A DNA stretch of 63,675 nt, counting the filler, from Octopus bimaculoides (lineage: Eukaryota), in the NCBI RefSeq assembly GCF_001194135.2. It is 6 parts of 5 records of this genome, joined end to end, with 100 filler letters (N's around TTAATTAATTAA, not from the genome) between each part and the next. Parts side by side here need not be neighbours in the genome. Positions count along the whole stretch, not along the records: positions 60,568 to 63,675 come from NC_068994.1; 5 more parts are not named here. One strand, written 5' to 3'. Below the pieces are notes generated by a model that had not been told where the DNA came from, made no database searches, and worked only from the letters and a program-made list of their open reading frames with translations. Positions 61,398 through 63,675 of this stretch are shown piece after piece. The position numbers and the translations under genes were made by a program. Every line of letters begins with the position of its first letter. Within the stretch, counting starts at the first letter, position 1.

Positions 61398-63129
61398 AAC
61401 AAGTGATGACTTGCAAATGGCTTTCTTGTGTGAAACTTCCAGAAACAGGTAGACACAATTTGTTGAATGAAAGAGAGAAATACCACAGGTGATGGTGACC
61501 CGTGTTGGTAGTAACTGGTTAATTTTGTGAGTGAGCAGAAGAGTGGTGGTGGGTGGACATCAGTCAGTTGGTGAAAGGATTTGTCCAGGAGTGGTGACAG
61601 ACTCATTTAACTACTACATCTTATCAGAAGTGGTGGTGGTGGTGGTGGTGGTCATTGTCCATTGCAATTGTTATCATTATAGTGATGGCTGTAGATATGA
61701 TGGCGATGGTGTTGGCAATGTGTAGTGGAGGAGAAGTGAGTAGTAAATTGCTTAATCAATCAACAAAATATGAAGGCAGACAGAAGTGGAAGCAGAGCAG
61801 GTCAAGATTAGAAGCAAAATAAGAGAGAGAGAGTGGGGTAGGAGAGATAGGGAATGAGGTGGAAGGTTGAATATGAACGCAAAAAATAGCATCAGATCAT
61901 GGAAAGGGTTATTAAGAGGTGGGAAGGGCAAATTAAAGAAACCCCTACCAGCATCAGCTGTCTTCAAGATAATGACCATTTGACAGACTCGTTATTACAG
62001 AGATTATCATCATCATTCCTATTAACTTCATCATCATCAATTCCCTTCATTAGCACCATGGTCATAATTAAATTGTTGCCATCATTATCATCAGAAATAC
62101 TTCAGGCACTTTAGAATTACACTTCAACAGATTCAGAATTAATACCCAACTACTACTGCCTGCTTCATACACACACTTCTGTCTACCACCTGGTTTAACA
62201 CCATCACCAGGCACTTTGGGTATCTTCGCTTTTGGAGCAGGTTTCCTACCCTCAGTGTTGGAGGCCCTGTTAAAAGCCAGGTGCACTGTCTTCCTTCCAG
62301 AAAACAATAAAAGCAGAAAAGTAATTTGATCTTAACTGGTTCCTTGCTTTCGTACAATCTGTTTATCTGCTAAGAGCAGAATTTGCCAGTGGAAGGTTAG
62401 AAAGTGATGTCAGTCTCCTATTCATCAACAACTCTATGATAATTCTTTTACCTATATAATAATTTCCTAACATATTCTGTGATGAAATTAACGAAAAGGA
62501 GAAGAAAATTAACAAAATTACCTGATTAAATCCAGACTTACCTCAAGGACAAATCTTTCAGCAGAACAATTAGTTACATGGATAATTTTTTTTTTTCCCA
62601 TAAACATTAAACATTATATAAATGCTTGAAAGATTGCAAAATATGAAATTCAATTAGTGACCAAATATTCAGTTTAAATGAATATATGAATTGTACTTCA
62701 TGTATTACATATTAACTTGCTTTTATTATTTTCAAACTGTACTCAGAGTTTCTCATTACATGCAATCATTCAAACCATTCAGGTGGCAAAATGATGAAGG
62801 ACAGGAAGAACTTTGTGTGGCCTAATTGTGAATACAGTTATATTGATTTTCATTTCTTGTTAGCAGTCAGGTGAAAAGCTGCAGCATGCTTTAGTGGATG
62901 CATTTAGTATTAAAAGATAACTCTGTCAGTATAATCCCTGGAGCAGGACAACAAAAGGAGTATTTTGGAAAGGGGAGTAAGGGGAGGTGAGGATTCAAAA
63001 ACTTCAATTCCAACTTTATCAAATTGATAGAGAAAGGTTAGACTCAGGGATTGTACTAACTACTTTTTGCAATTTTTTTAAGTAGTTACATGTAACCCTT
63101 CACACAGTCTTTTACCATTTACATGCTTA

Positions 63130-63485
63130 ACCAAAAATATATATGAACAAGAGAGCACTGCACACTCTAAACTCCTGTCTGACAACATCATTAAAACTGA
63201 AACAAAACAAACTAACCCCACCACTAGTGATATTATAAACACAAAAGCTAAATCACTAGCCTCCAGACTAAAAACAGAAACCATCAATCGAACATCTTTC
63301 CACAAGTTCACCTTACATTATTTTTAATGATTATGAAACTAATTTCCCTCTACAATACTAAGTGTATACCACCCACTTCAAAAACAAAATTAACTGGTTT
63401 TGGATACAAAGTGTATACTTGACTCAATTAACCTCAAGATTATAAATGCCGGGCAATTAGCACAATGGAACAGCAGTAATAAAAA
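63130..63485 (+). mobile_element. Penelope-like element, pre-RT/RT N-terminal fragment
   Basis: YEQE...KLLSDNIIKT..QTNPTTSDIINTKAKSLASRLK...INRTSF... then ILDSINLKIINAGQLAQWNSSN, resembling PLE ...ITKTYK...IN.EAK.IA..L... and ILD.IN..I......QW.. Confidence 0.7.
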
Positions 63486-63494
63486 AAATAATAA

Positions 63495-63675
63495 TCATCA
63501 TCATCGTTTAACGTCCGCTTTCCATGCTAGCATGGGTTGGACGATTTGACTGAGGACTGGTGAAACCGGATGGCAACACCAGGCTCCAGTCTGATTTGGC
63601 AGAGTTTCTACAGCTGGATGCCCTTCCTAACGCCAACCACTCAGAGAGTGTAGTGGGTGCTTTTACGTGTCACCC
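63495..63675 (-). mobile_element. 3' end of a further SINE/RTE-related family with (GAT)n tail, running off the window
   Basis: Minus strand ...tggcgttaggaagggcatccagctgtagaaactctgcc...gcatggaaagcggacgttaaacgatgatgatgat. Confidence 0.8.

Overview
This is AT-rich, repeat-dense animal genomic DNA. The tRNA-derived SINE families and microsatellite load strongly suggest an octopus (coleoid cephalopod) draft assembly; this is inferred from recognition and not database-verified. About 9.6 kb (~15%) is N. Five identical 100-bp spacers (N44-TTAATTAATTAA-N44) show the window is six artificially joined pieces. No intact, identifiable host protein gene is visible, and almost all ORF-track entries are microsatellite or N-gap artefacts. 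Supportable content is mostly decayed transposons: a DD37D (maT) Tc1/mariner deletion derivative, RTE, L1/Tx1 and R4/Dong LINE pieces, three Penelope-like RT fragments, a Helitron Rep/helicase fragment, several MITE/foldback elements (one with a perfect 8-bp TSD and GG-starting TIRs), and over 20 SINE copies built from shuffled modules. The most interesting non-repeat signal is a CpG-rich, leftward-facing promoter at ~21.2-21.45 kb. It has two perfect three-unit heat-shock elements, a TATA box and a CRE-like site, sits ~650 bp downstream of the Helitron remnant, and its putative first exon has only short ORFs. A few candidate micro-exons of an unidentified plus-strand gene are given at low confidence. 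I found no clear evidence of a wholly new system; the best leads are listed as findings.
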